64,000 bases of DNA from an uncultured Candidatus Saccharibacteria bacterium (GCA_964349555.1 CAYGGK010000001.1:49486-113485); one strand, 5' to 3'; positions 9,560-17,762 are shown, counted from the first letter of the stretch. Notes: generated by a model from the letters alone, not told the origin. Program-made: numbers and translations.

Positions 9560-10854
9560 AAATCTCTCTCTTCCAGGGAATCTTAATTGGCGTATTTGGT
9601 CTCGGCGCGGTTATCGGCCTTTTTGTTTTCGCGACGTATACGAGTACGGGGGACGGTAACGATACGGGTCCGGTTGTCGTGTGGGGCGTTCTGCCAGAGA
9701 CGGAGATGCAGACATTTCTCGTTACCATGATGGAGCGCGACACGACGTTTAAAAACGTATCGTATATACAAAAGGATCGCGGTTCTCTGGCCAATGATCT
9801 CTCCACGGCAATAGCGACCAATAGCGCGCCAGACCTTATTCTCGCCTCACAGGAAGAGCTTCATGCACTCGCAAAATTCATCGTACCGATATCTTTTGAT
9901 ACAGTATCTCCAAAATCGTTTACACAAACATTCATTGACGGGGCCGGGATTTTTACGTCTCCGAATGGTTATTACGGAATACCGTTCCTTACTGATCCGC
10001 TCGTGCTTTTTTCAAATAAATCCATCCTCGCGAGTAACGGCGTCGCGAAGCCCCCGGCAACTTGGGAAGCCTTGAGCGGCCTCGTGCCGACTATCACGGT
10101 GCTCACACCGACGCGGCAGATTGCGCGCGGTCTCATCGCGCTCGGCGCATACCAGAACGTCAATAATGCGCGCGGGATACTCTCGTCGCTCTTCCTCCAG
10201 ACGGGCGTGCCGATCTCTTCATATTCAGCGACGGGCGTGCTCGGCGCAAATCTCGGTACTCAATCGCGAAGCGGCGTGCCGCCCGGGCCCTCCGTGGTCA
10301 GCTTCTACACGCAATTCGCCGATCCGGCAAAAAGCTCGTATACATGGAATACTTCGTTGCCGAACTCCAGGGACCTGTTCCTTGCCGGCGACCTCGCGCT
10401 TTATCTCGGGTACGTGTCCGAGGCGCGCGCTCTCCGCTTAGCGAATCCAAACCTGAACTTTAGCGTTGGCGCGCTCCCGCAGCCGGCAACCGCGCAGGTG
10501 AAGAGTGCGTACGGTCGCATCTATTCGTTCATGATTCCACGCGGGGCGAAGAACGCTGCCGGGGCGTACAGAGTCGCCGTTCTCCTCTCTAACCAGACCG
10601 AGCAAGCCGTCGCCGCGGCCGCGACCGGTCTCGTGCCCGTCAACCTTGGCGCGCTTGGTACGGCGCCTGTTGACCCCGTTGCCGCCGTCGCGTACGCCGA
10701 GGCGCTCTACACGCGCGGATGGCTGTCCCCAGCCCCCTCAGAGGTAGATGCCGTTTTTTCAAGTATGATTGAAAATGTGACAAGCGGCCGACTCACTTTG
10801 GAAGGAGCGCTCGGCTCCGCCGAGCGCTCCTTAGGCGCCCTCCTTCAACAGTAA
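9556..10854 (+). CDS. Membrane-anchored extracellular solute-binding protein (SBP family 1-like); no adjacent permease or ATPase
   Basis: N-terminal TM, then VVVWG...APDLILAS...GIFTSPNGYYGIPFLTDPLVLFSNKSIL...PPATWEAL, which is typical of SBP_bac_1. Confidence 0.5.
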   Translation: MKISLFQGILIGVFGLGAVIGLFVFATYTSTGDGNDTGPVVVWGVLPETEMQTFLVTMMERDTTFKNVSYIQKDRGSLANDLSTAIATNSAPDLILASQEELHALAKFIVPISFDTVSPKSFTQTFIDGAGIFTSPNGYYGIPFLTDPLVLFSNKSILASNGVAKPPATWEALSGLVPTITVLTPTRQIARGLIALGAYQNVNNARGILSSLFLQTGVPISSYSATGVLGANLGTQSRSGVPPGPSVVSFYTQFADPAKSSYTWNTSLPNSRDLFLAGDLALYLGYVSEARALRLANPNLNFSVGALPQPATAQVKSAYGRIYSFMIPRGAKNAAGAYRVAVLLSNQTEQAVAAAATGLVPVNLGALGTAPVDPVAAVAYAEALYTRGWLSPAPSEVDAVFSSMIENVTSGRLTLEGALGSAERSLGALLQQ

Positions 10855-10856
10855 CC

Positions 10857-11348
10857 ATGCGCACCTCTTTCGTTGCAGCAATCATGTTCTTCGCGCTCGC
10901 GTCTTCGGCACTCGCACTTGGTCCATCAGGCGGCGGGACCGTCACCCCTCCCCCTCCAACTGTAGATCCAGTGCTCCAAGCAGAACAAGAGGCGGCGGCT
11001 AATTCGGGGTCGATCAATAATATCCCTACGCAAATCTCGCCAAGTGTAAATAATGTTCCGGGTGGCTCCAACGTCACCCTCGTCAATCCGTTAAGAGGCG
11101 GCGGGGACTTGATGACCTTCCTTCAAAACATCCTTGATTTCGTCATTGAAATCGGCACGGTCGTCGTCGTCCTCATGCTGGTGTATGTCGGCTACCTCTT
11201 TGTTGCCGCACAAGGGAACGAGACAAAAATAACCGAAGCGCGCAACGCGCTCCTCTGGACCGTCGTCGGCGCACTCATCCTCCTCGGCTCCAAAGCGATA
11301 GCCATCGGTATAGAGGCGACGGCGCAGGCGCTCTCGGTTGGCGGCTGA
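10857..11348 (+). CDS. Pilin-like two-TM peptide P1 (VirB2/TrbC-like topology), signal peptide
   Basis: Signal peptide, Pro/Gly-rich linker, then hydrophobic helix, charged loop (QGNETKITEARNALLW) and a second hydrophobic helix. Most divergent member of the array. Confidence 0.45.
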   Translation: MRTSFVAAIMFFALASSALALGPSGGGTVTPPPPTVDPVLQAEQEAAANSGSINNIPTQISPSVNNVPGGSNVTLVNPLRGGGDLMTFLQNILDFVIEIGTVVVVLMLVYVGYLFVAAQGNETKITEARNALLWTVVGALILLGSKAIAIGIEATAQALSVGG

Positions 11349-11625
11349 TATGGCCACGTCGTTTAAAGAATTTATCGGGGACAGCACGACTGGCGTCGTA
11401 GGCGCCATCAACACCGTCATTGTACCCGTCATATTCGCGCTCGCGCTCGCCGCCTTCGTCTGGGGCATCTACAAATACTTCATCTTGGGAGCAGCGAACG
11501 AGTCAGAAAAAGCAGAGGGCCGCACGTTCGCCCTGTGGGGCCTCATCGGCATAGTGCTCCTCTTCTCCGTCTGGGGATTTGTTAATTTGTTGCTATCCAC
11601 GCTCGGCCTCACGGCCACCGGCTGA
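11338..11625 (+). CDS. Pilin-like two-TM peptide P2
   Basis: Core VIVPVIFALALAAFVWGIYKYFILGAANESEKAEGRTFALWGLIGIVLLFSVWGFVNLL. No signal peptide. Confidence 0.55.
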   Translation: MAADMATSFKEFIGDSTTGVVGAINTVIVPVIFALALAAFVWGIYKYFILGAANESEKAEGRTFALWGLIGIVLLFSVWGFVNLLLSTLGLTATG

Positions 11626-11644
11626 TGTGTCATACTTACGCTAT

Positions 11645-12100
11645 ATGAAATCCATCACGCGTCTCGCTCTTATTCTCACTGCTTCTTTAGTGTGCGTCGC
11701 GCCGTCATTTGCGCTCGCGCAGACTCAAATTTATTCAGACTCATCCGGCAACTTCCAATACAACAGCCCTAGCTTCTCAATCGGTTTCGGGAGCGGTGGC
11801 ATGTTTATGTGCGGGGCGAGCAACATCTGCCGTGTTGCGTCCACCATCATCTACGTCATCAACAACGTGCTCGTGCCGCTCCTCTTCGCCGCCGCCTTCA
11901 TCACGTTTCTCTACGGCGTCGTCTCCAAGTACATCTTCTCTTATGGGGACGCCGAGAAGGTGAAGGAGGGTCACAAACTCATTCTCTGGGGTATTCTCGC
12001 CTTTGTCATTATGATATCGCTTTGGGGCCTCGTGAATGTCGTCGCGAACACCTTCGGCCTCTACGGCATCTCCGCGCCGCCCCTGCCGAGCTCATTCTGA
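11645..12100 (+). CDS. Pilin-like two-TM peptide P3, signal peptide
   Basis: Signal peptide (MKSITRLALILTASLVCVAPSFALA). Core INNVLVPLLFAAAFITFLYG...GDAEKVKEGHKLILWGILAFVIMISLWGLVNVV. Confidence 0.55.
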   Translation: MKSITRLALILTASLVCVAPSFALAQTQIYSDSSGNFQYNSPSFSIGFGSGGMFMCGASNICRVASTIIYVINNVLVPLLFAAAFITFLYGVVSKYIFSYGDAEKVKEGHKLILWGILAFVIMISLWGLVNVVANTFGLYGISAPPLPSSF

Positions 12101-12112
12101 TAGAACAGAAAC

Positions 12113-12610
12113 ATGAAAAAATACCTCACAGCCCTCGCCCTTGCTTTCTTTGTCTTTGCGCCTTTGGCGCTGGCACAGCCCGCAGAAACTACTGAGATAC
12201 CATTCACTGGCACTACTGACCTGCAACCGTTCGGAGAAACTACTACCGACAATGACAACGTACAGTTCGACGACCAAATCTATAACGGCCTAACACAAAC
12301 ACAGGGAGGTACCGGAGGTGGCATCAACATAGGAGTCATCAAGCCGTATGCGGACAGCATTATCGGCATCATCAACTTCATCTTCCTCCCGGTTATCATG
12401 GCGGTTGCCTTCATCGTCTTCATCTGGGGCATCTACAAATACTTTATCTTGGGTGCGTCGAACGAATCAGAAAAAGCAGAGGGTCGTAAGTTTGCGATGT
12501 GGGGCATCATCGGCTTCGCCATCATCATCTCTATCTGGGGCCTTGTGAATACCTTTACGGGCGCCCTAAATCTGCAGGGTGGGCGCGCCCCGAGGATTCC
12601 AACCCTCTAA
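12113..12610 (+). CDS. Pilin-like two-TM peptide P4, signal peptide
   Basis: Signal peptide, then the core FLPVIMAVAFIVFIWGIYKYFILGASNESEKAEGRKFAMWGIIGFAIIISIWGLVNTF, which is nearly identical to P2. Confidence 0.55.
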   Translation: MKKYLTALALAFFVFAPLALAQPAETTEIPFTGTTDLQPFGETTTDNDNVQFDDQIYNGLTQTQGGTGGGINIGVIKPYADSIIGIINFIFLPVIMAVAFIVFIWGIYKYFILGASNESEKAEGRKFAMWGIIGFAIIISIWGLVNTFTGALNLQGGRAPRIPTL

Positions 12611-12691
12611 ATAGGGGGCTATCCACACGCCGAGATAAGGTATATTGACCAAGCCGGTAAAGACGTTACTATTAAGAGCAGTTAATCACTT

Positions 12692-13075
12692 ATGTATACT
12701 ATGAAAAAAGCACTTGCCCTCGCTACCGGAACGCTCGTCGCGCTCGCCCTGCCGCTTGTCTCGTCGGCCCAAACGGTGCGGAACCTTTCGGATGCCGGTT
12801 CGCTCATTATCAACGTTATCAATAATGTGCTAGTCCCCGTGCTCTTCGCTGTTGCTTTCATCGTCTTCCTTTGGGGAGCGTTCAATACTTTCATTCTAGG
12901 TCAGGGCTCCGAAGATGTGAAAGAGAAAGGCAAGAGTCTCATGTTGTACGGCCTTATCGGCTTCTTCGTCATGGTCTCCATCTGGGGCTTGGTGAACATC
13001 CTCACTGGCACCGTGAGCTTCGGTAATACGACGGGGCCAAGCAATACGCCTTCATCAGGCGTTCAGGTCAGATAA
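12692..13075 (+). CDS. Pilin-like two-TM peptide P5, signal peptide
   Basis: Signal peptide. Core INNVLVPVLFAVAFIVFLWG...GQGSEDVKEKGKSLMLYGLIGFFVMVSIWGLVNIL. Confidence 0.55.
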   Translation: MYTMKKALALATGTLVALALPLVSSAQTVRNLSDAGSLIINVINNVLVPVLFAVAFIVFLWGAFNTFILGQGSEDVKEKGKSLMLYGLIGFFVMVSIWGLVNILTGTVSFGNTTGPSNTPSSGVQVR

Positions 13076-13348
13076 ATGCCGGTTCTCCACGAATTCCTCG
13101 GGAAGGTTGTCGTAGAAATCGTCAACCCGCTCATCCTCCTTTTGGCGGCTGTCGCCTTTGTCCTCTTTCTCTGGGGAGTGTTTGAATTCGTGGCTCACGC
13201 TGGAGACGAGACGAAACGCACAGAGGGCAAGAGAGCCATTATGTGGGGCCTTGTCGGCCTCGTCGTTATCTTCGGTGTGTACGGCATTCTCAATATTTTG
13301 ACGGATACGTTTAATCTGGAGCGGGTTAAAAAGATAAGCGGCTTATAA
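13076..13348 (+). CDS. Pilin-like two-TM peptide P6
   Basis: Core LILLLAAVAFVLFLWG...HAGDETKRTEGKRAIMWGLVGLVVIFGVYGILNIL. No signal peptide. Confidence 0.5.
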   Translation: MPVLHEFLGKVVVEIVNPLILLLAAVAFVLFLWGVFEFVAHAGDETKRTEGKRAIMWGLVGLVVIFGVYGILNILTDTFNLERVKKISGL

Positions 13349-13352
13349 ATAA

Positions 13353-13392
13353 AAAAGGCCGGCGGGTTCTACCGCGCGGCCTTTTGTTGGAC
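13353..13392. terminator. Bidirectional hairpin between convergent genes (AAAAAGGCCGGCGGG...CGCGCGGCCTTTTG)
   Basis: GC stem flanked by an A-run and a T-run, seen directly. Confidence 0.45.
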
Positions 13393-13406
13393 GAACCAAC
13401 AAGAGT

Positions 13407-14234
13407 TTAATTCATCGGAGCATAGTAGTAGGATACGATGTTTTGATTTTTCGTATCCTTACTCGTTACATATACTGCAGCAAGCGGGCCGTCAGTACAT
13501 GATTCCGAACACTCGCTTCTATCCTGATACACGTTATGTACACGGAAGTTGTTTCCAATGAACATTGCATGCATATAGGGCGGAACCGGAATGTTCTCTG
13601 ACCTTCCGCCCGCCGGAATGACCAACTTCGGCCATTCCGACTGAGGCGAGCTCGCGAGCGGGATTTCAGAGCGCGCAGCCTGCTCTGGTGGTTTTGGCGG
13701 TTCGTTGAACCACCCGATGAAGGGCAGAACGACGAAGAGCAAAGTCATCGCCGCGACGAGTACTCCTTGCAGGGGTCTTGCCCACGGTGCCTTAACCATC
13801 GTCTGAACGATTGAGAGAGCCCCGGCCGAACCGCCGAGGATCAAAACAATCCAAAGCCAATGGTCCTTCACACACTCCCACACCGTCCCCAGCGATGGTG
13901 ACGGTGTTTTCAATAAAGACCCCACTTGTTGCCACGGCACCGACCACCAGACGATTAGTGCCACAACAGCCACGCCGACGACGGCGAAAATGGAGCTGAT
14001 AAGGTTGCCAGTATCACTTCCGGTACCACTTTCCGCACGAGCAGGAGTCTTGCCAGTTTCGGCGGAGGGAACCGGTCCTTTCTTTTGGTGTCCGATCTTC
14101 TGGTCGAGCCGGCTTTGTGCCGCAGCCCTCTTTTTTAAATGAGGCTTGTTAACTCGGTACAAGATGAATCCGAGCACAACTAATGACACAATAGCGACAA
14201 GTGCCGCCAGAAACCATATCCACATCATGCTCAT
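13407..14234 (-). CDS. Multi-TM membrane protein, Cys-containing C-terminal domain; possible NfeD-like partner of the SPFH protein
   Basis: Four to five hydrophobic helices. 4-nt overlap with the upstream SPFH gene. No motif recognised. Confidence 0.35.
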   Translation of the reverse strand: MSMMWIWFLAALVAIVSLVVLGFILYRVNKPHLKKRAAAQSRLDQKIGHQKKGPVPSAETGKTPARAESGTGSDTGNLISSIFAVVGVAVVALIVWWSVPWQQVGSLLKTPSPSLGTVWECVKDHWLWIVLILGGSAGALSIVQTMVKAPWARPLQGVLVAAMTLLFVVLPFIGWFNEPPKPPEQAARSEIPLASSPQSEWPKLVIPAGGRSENIPVPPYMHAMFIGNNFRVHNVYQDRSECSESCTDGPLAAVYVTSKDTKNQNIVSYYYAPMN

Positions 14235-15484
14235 TTTTCACCTCCTTTTCCAGCCAACGGAACGAACGGATTGTTCGCCCAGATGACTGTGTTGCCGGCA
14301 CCCTTTGAGGATTCCCGCATCGCATCGAGTTGTGCGAGTAGCATTCCCTCGGCGCCATGGTCTTTAATGACATCGAGCCGCACACGGAGAGCCTCCGCTT
14401 CTTTTTCGCCAATCATCCCGATGACATCTGCTTTCGCTTGGCCAGTTTTGAGTGTTGACCGAGCCTCTTGTTCGGCGGTATACACTGCCGCCGCGGCTTT
14501 TTGGGCTTCCGTTTTTGCGTCTCCGGAGAGTTCGACAGTTTGCAGATCGGCCGTGCGTATCTCTACGCCGTACCTTCCACGCAACCCCCTTGGCAGAGGG
14601 GCGTCGTCTTTCTCGTCGGCTAACAGGTCACTAAGGTCGATAATGGGTTTTGAGAACTCCTCAGACCATTGGCTCGATATACTCTTCATATCTCCATCTT
14701 TTTTGATGGAGATAAGATCATCGTATCCCTTACTTCCGACGAAGTTCCGCACTTGGCGGTTGATCGCGGCAGTGATACGCCGAATCCAGTCCTCACCGCT
14801 GAACAACGCGCGATACGGGTTGCGTATAGCGACTGTCACGAGCGTGAGCTCATCAGTTGGGAGACGATCATTTGTCTCCGCGCCGTCGGTCACGATCGCA
14901 TAGGTGAAGTCGGCGACATAGATGAAGTCAGTTACTTCGGCGCGCGGAAGGACTTTTTCTTTCCCTTCCTCACTTTCCGTGTACGTCTCGTTCCACTCGA
15001 ATTGGTAGACATACACGCTATTTGCCCACGGCCATCCGACCCAGTAGAGGCCGAGTTTTTTGAGTAGCCACGAACGGTCGTCATAATAACTATCCTCCGT
15101 CTCCTCAAAACCATTTGCGTTGTCTTTGCCGTGATAGAGAACCTCCCAGCTTGGGGAATCACTCTTGAAGCCTTTTTCCCCCTTCTTCGTCGGGTTGAGA
15201 TGGTATCCCTTAAAGGACATGATGAAGCGGTCGAACGACGAGCCGCGCATGATAGCCTTGGCGGTTCCTTCATTTACCTTCGTGAAGAGAATACTCTCTT
15301 CTGCGAGCCACGGGAAGCCGAACACCACGACAGCCGTAATAAGCGGTACGAGTACCGCCACTACGACAGCCGCAATAGGTGCGACAGCCACAATAAGCGG
15401 CCAGAATTCTGCTACGACGGCCGCAACGACGGCTAGAATGCCTAGCACAGCGAACAAACGTTTCATGATTATTCTCCCAGTCAA
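14231..15484 (-). CDS. SPFH/band-7 (stomatin/flotillin-like) membrane protein
   Basis: N-terminal TM helices, then a core ending in the Ala/Glu-rich coiled-coil GVEIRTADLQTVELSGDAKTEAQKAAAAVYTAEQEARS, typical of the SPFH C-terminus. Confidence 0.6.
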   Translation of the reverse strand: MTGRIIMKRLFAVLGILAVVAAVVAEFWPLIVAVAPIAAVVVAVLVPLITAVVVFGFPWLAEESILFTKVNEGTAKAIMRGSSFDRFIMSFKGYHLNPTKKGEKGFKSDSPSWEVLYHGKDNANGFEETEDSYYDDRSWLLKKLGLYWVGWPWANSVYVYQFEWNETYTESEEGKEKVLPRAEVTDFIYVADFTYAIVTDGAETNDRLPTDELTLVTVAIRNPYRALFSGEDWIRRITAAINRQVRNFVGSKGYDDLISIKKDGDMKSISSQWSEEFSKPIIDLSDLLADEKDDAPLPRGLRGRYGVEIRTADLQTVELSGDAKTEAQKAAAAVYTAEQEARSTLKTGQAKADVIGMIGEKEAEALRVRLDVIKDHGAEGMLLAQLDAMRESSKGAGNTVIWANNPFVPLAGKGGEK

Positions 15485-15617
15485 TGTTCATATCCAGCTC
15501 AGGATTGAGCCAGACTTCTGCCATACAGCATACACGAACCCAATCATTTGTCAAGTACCCCGCAACGGTTCAATTCTTTAGACAACACAACGTGTTGACC
15601 ACCCATCATCTACTCCG

Positions 15618-15669
15618 TGGGAAATCAACAATTCTTGCTATAGCAGAAGTTGTTGATAGTTGTTATTTA
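15618..15669. repeat. Repeat R2a: ~52-bp element containing the imperfect palindrome ATCAACAATTCTTGCTATAGCAGAAGTTGTTGAT
   Basis: Seen directly. Copies at 16268-16301 (same orientation) and 30199-30250 (reverse complement, 1 mismatch in the core). Confidence 0.8.
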
Positions 15670-16250
15670 AAAGGGAGGCCGAAATGTTTGCGTATCCACA
15701 CATCATTCTCTATTTCTTCCACAACCGCATAGAGCACGTCCTTGCCGATATGCAGGTCTGCTTTAAGGAGGGCAACAAATTCTTCACAGTTGTACGGATA
15801 AATCCACGCGCTGTCCTGTACACGGAGAAAACCGACCTCTTGTACGTGATGCCGTAATATTTCACGAGTCTTTTTCCGTTTTTCTGGAACGTCAAACAGT
15901 ATCAAGCGGTAACGCCGATCCCACTTGCGCGGTTTGTGCGCGAGAAGAGAGAGCCTCTGTTGTTCCATGGCTAAAGACTCTTCACCACGTCTTGTAAGGC
16001 GCACACAACGTTTCCCGTCATGTTCGACGAACTCAATCTCGCCCTTCATTTTCAATCGCGCGAGAATGCCTCTGGTCTGATACTTAAGTTTGGCAAGAAC
16101 GCCGCTCTTCCCAAGCATCTGAAACATGTTAGGTGCAATGGCCGCAACAGCGATAACTCCGGCTACACCTATCGTCATAAGCATCGCGCTGCGTACATTG
16201 CGGCGCCTACTCTTCTGCGCGGCACTCGCTTCAAGAGATTTCATGTACAC
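15663..16250 (-). CDS. PaaX-like (Cas2-fold middle domain) putative transcriptional regulator, paralog 2
   Basis: WDRRYRLILFDVPEKRKKTREILRHHVQEVGFLRVQDSAWIYPYNCEEFVALLKADLHIGKDVLYA aligns residue-for-residue with the ORF at 8295-8876. Confidence 0.55.
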   Translation of the reverse strand: MYMKSLEASAAQKSRRRNVRSAMLMTIGVAGVIAVAAIAPNMFQMLGKSGVLAKLKYQTRGILARLKMKGEIEFVEHDGKRCVRLTRRGEESLAMEQQRLSLLAHKPRKWDRRYRLILFDVPEKRKKTREILRHHVQEVGFLRVQDSAWIYPYNCEEFVALLKADLHIGKDVLYAVVEEIENDVWIRKHFGLPFK

Positions 16251-16267
16251 ACCCTACACCACCCATA

Positions 16268-16301
16268 ATCAACAATTCTTGCTATAGCAGAAGTTGTTGA
16301 T
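16268..16301. repeat. Repeat R2b (core palindrome copy) upstream of PaaX-like gene 2
   Basis: Identical 34-bp core to R2a. Confidence 0.8.
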
Positions 16302-16346
16302 ATCCGATTGGGCTACTCGCCTGGATTATTCGCCGCGTTATGTTTG

Positions 16347-16429
16347 TGCTGGGGAGAGGACTCGAACCTCCAATGGGTTGCCCCGCTAGCTCCTAAGGCT
16401 AGTGCGTCTACCAATTTCGCCACCCCAGC
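16347..16429 (-). tRNA. tRNA-Leu (anticodon TAG)
   Basis: Hand-folded cloverleaf: acceptor GCTGGGG/CCCCAGC, anticodon stem CTAGC/GCTAG, loop CTTAGGA, long variable arm, T-loop TTCGAGT. Confidence 0.8.
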
Positions 16430-16577
16430 CGGCTTCCATTGCCATACGCGATGGAGGACGACTTCCAAAGCATACTATGTTCTGTTATATTTTTCCTAAC
16501 GCGCCTGTATGATTACATACGAGCGTTCGTTCGGAGAGAGAATGAGCGAAGACGCTTATTCTCTCCTCCTCACCTCG

Positions 16578-16650
16578 CGCCTGTAGCTCAGTTGGTAGAG
16601 CAGCTCCCTCTTAAGGAGACGGTCCCTGGTTCAAGCCCAGGCAGGCGCAC
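16578..16650 (+). tRNA. tRNA-Lys (anticodon CTT)
   Basis: Acceptor GCGCCTG/CAGGCGC, D-loop AGTTGGTA, anticodon loop CTCTTAA, T-arm CCTGG TTCAAGC CCAGG. Confidence 0.8.
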
Positions 16651-16740
16651 AAACGAGCAAAGCGAAGTTTGTGCGAGCCGGAGCGCGACGGCGCGAGGCG
16701 GGGTCGCGGGCGTTTTCAGCAGAAAACGACCTGTGACCAC

Positions 16741-17574
16741 TTAGTGTGAGTCTGTATGTTGTGCGAAACTTTTCATGAGGTCGCGCGTGACGGGGCCGGG
16801 CGATCCCGACCCGATAGCCTTCGCGTCCACCGAGGCGACCGGTATGATGTCTTTAAACGACGAGGTGATAAAGACCTCATCCGCGCCGAGAAGCTCATCG
16901 ATAGAAACGGCCCGCTCTTCTGTCGGGTGGGACTTGCGCGCGATATCGAGCACGACCTTGCGCGTAATACCGAGCAGGATGTTTTCTTTCGGCGTGATAA
17001 CGCTACCGTTCTGTACGATGAAAACATTGCTGGTGGTGCATTCAAGCGCCATGCCTCCTGCAACATACAGACCCTCGATAGCGCCAGCAGCTTCCAACTT
17101 CTTTTGAAGAAGGACTGCCGTTATGTAATTCGTCGTTTTATACGCGGGGAAGGCCCGCTGGTGTTCGTGAGTGAGTAGCGGAGCACCATTGGCGTATAAC
17201 ACTTCCGGGAGCATCGTTGCCGGCTCGGCAGTGATGAAGAATGTTTCGCGACCAGCAACATGCTTGATGCCCTCTCTCGCTTCACCTCCTGTGAGGACCA
17301 TCCGGATATGCGCGCGGCGACCGGATGAATTTTCTTCAATGACCGCACGCATCATCTCAAGGGATTCTTTTTCAGAAAAGGGGAGAACGAGGCCCAGAGC
17401 ATCTGCAGATATTTTGAACCGTTCCCAGTGGTCGCTGAAATGAAACGGCTCGCCAGCGAATGCGGCAAGTCCCTCGTAGATACCGAAGCCGCGGAGCACC
17501 CCGAGGTCAAGCACGCCAACCCTCGCCTGGCTCAAGGGAACAATCGAGCCATTTAAGTTGCAGACGGGGTCCAT
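16741..17574 (-). CDS. Class IV aminotransferase (branched-chain amino acid / D-amino acid aminotransferase family)
   Basis: Fold-type IV PLP enzyme signatures (LHYGQGVFEGLKAYR-like, E.F..SS, TRK). Confidence 0.7.
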   Translation of the reverse strand: MDPVCNLNGSIVPLSQARVGVLDLGVLRGFGIYEGLAAFAGEPFHFSDHWERFKISADALGLVLPFSEKESLEMMRAVIEENSSGRRAHIRMVLTGGEAREGIKHVAGRETFFITAEPATMLPEVLYANGAPLLTHEHQRAFPAYKTTNYITAVLLQKKLEAAGAIEGLYVAGGMALECTTSNVFIVQNGSVITPKENILLGITRKVVLDIARKSHPTEERAVSIDELLGADEVFITSSFKDIIPVASVDAKAIGSGSPGPVTRDLMKSFAQHTDSH

Positions 17575-17596
17575 ATTTTTATTATCTTACCACGAG

Positions 17597-17686
17597 TGCC
17601 GAGGGTGGGAATCGAACCCACATGAGGGTTTTTAGGCCCTCTCAGGATTTTAAGTCCTGTGCGTCTACCAGTTCCGCCACCTCGGC
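17597..17686 (-). tRNA. tRNA-Leu (anticodon TAA)
   Basis: Acceptor GCCGAGG/CCTCGGC, anticodon stem CAGGA/TCCTG, loop CTTAAAA, long variable arm, T-arm GTGGG TTCGATT CCCAC. Confidence 0.8.
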
Positions 17687-17762
17687 TTGTTTTCAGTGTA
17701 GCAAACGAACATCGCTGTGGCATTCAATTCCCGCTGGCGGATGCGAAGCATCCTCCTTCTTG

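Noticed and set aside
12640-12685. Possible sigma-70-like promoter (TTGACC, then 17 nt, then ACTATT/TATTAA) upstream of pilin-like gene P5
   Set aside because: The match is plausible but weak and not supportable without transcript data, so it is not listed as a feature.
15660-15857. Plus-strand 65-aa ORF whose internal ATG at 15685 is preceded by a strong Shine-Dalgarno sequence (AAGGGAGG), antisense to the 3' end of PaaX-like gene 2
   Set aside because: The opposite-strand gene has a clear paralog at 8295-8876 and is therefore real. The plus-strand ORF has no recognisable features. Its Shine-Dalgarno-like motif overlaps the R2 repeat region and is probably coincidental.
16439-16744. 101-aa plus-strand ORF overlapping tRNA-Lys
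   Set aside because: It contains the tRNA-Lys sequence, so it is a spurious ORF.
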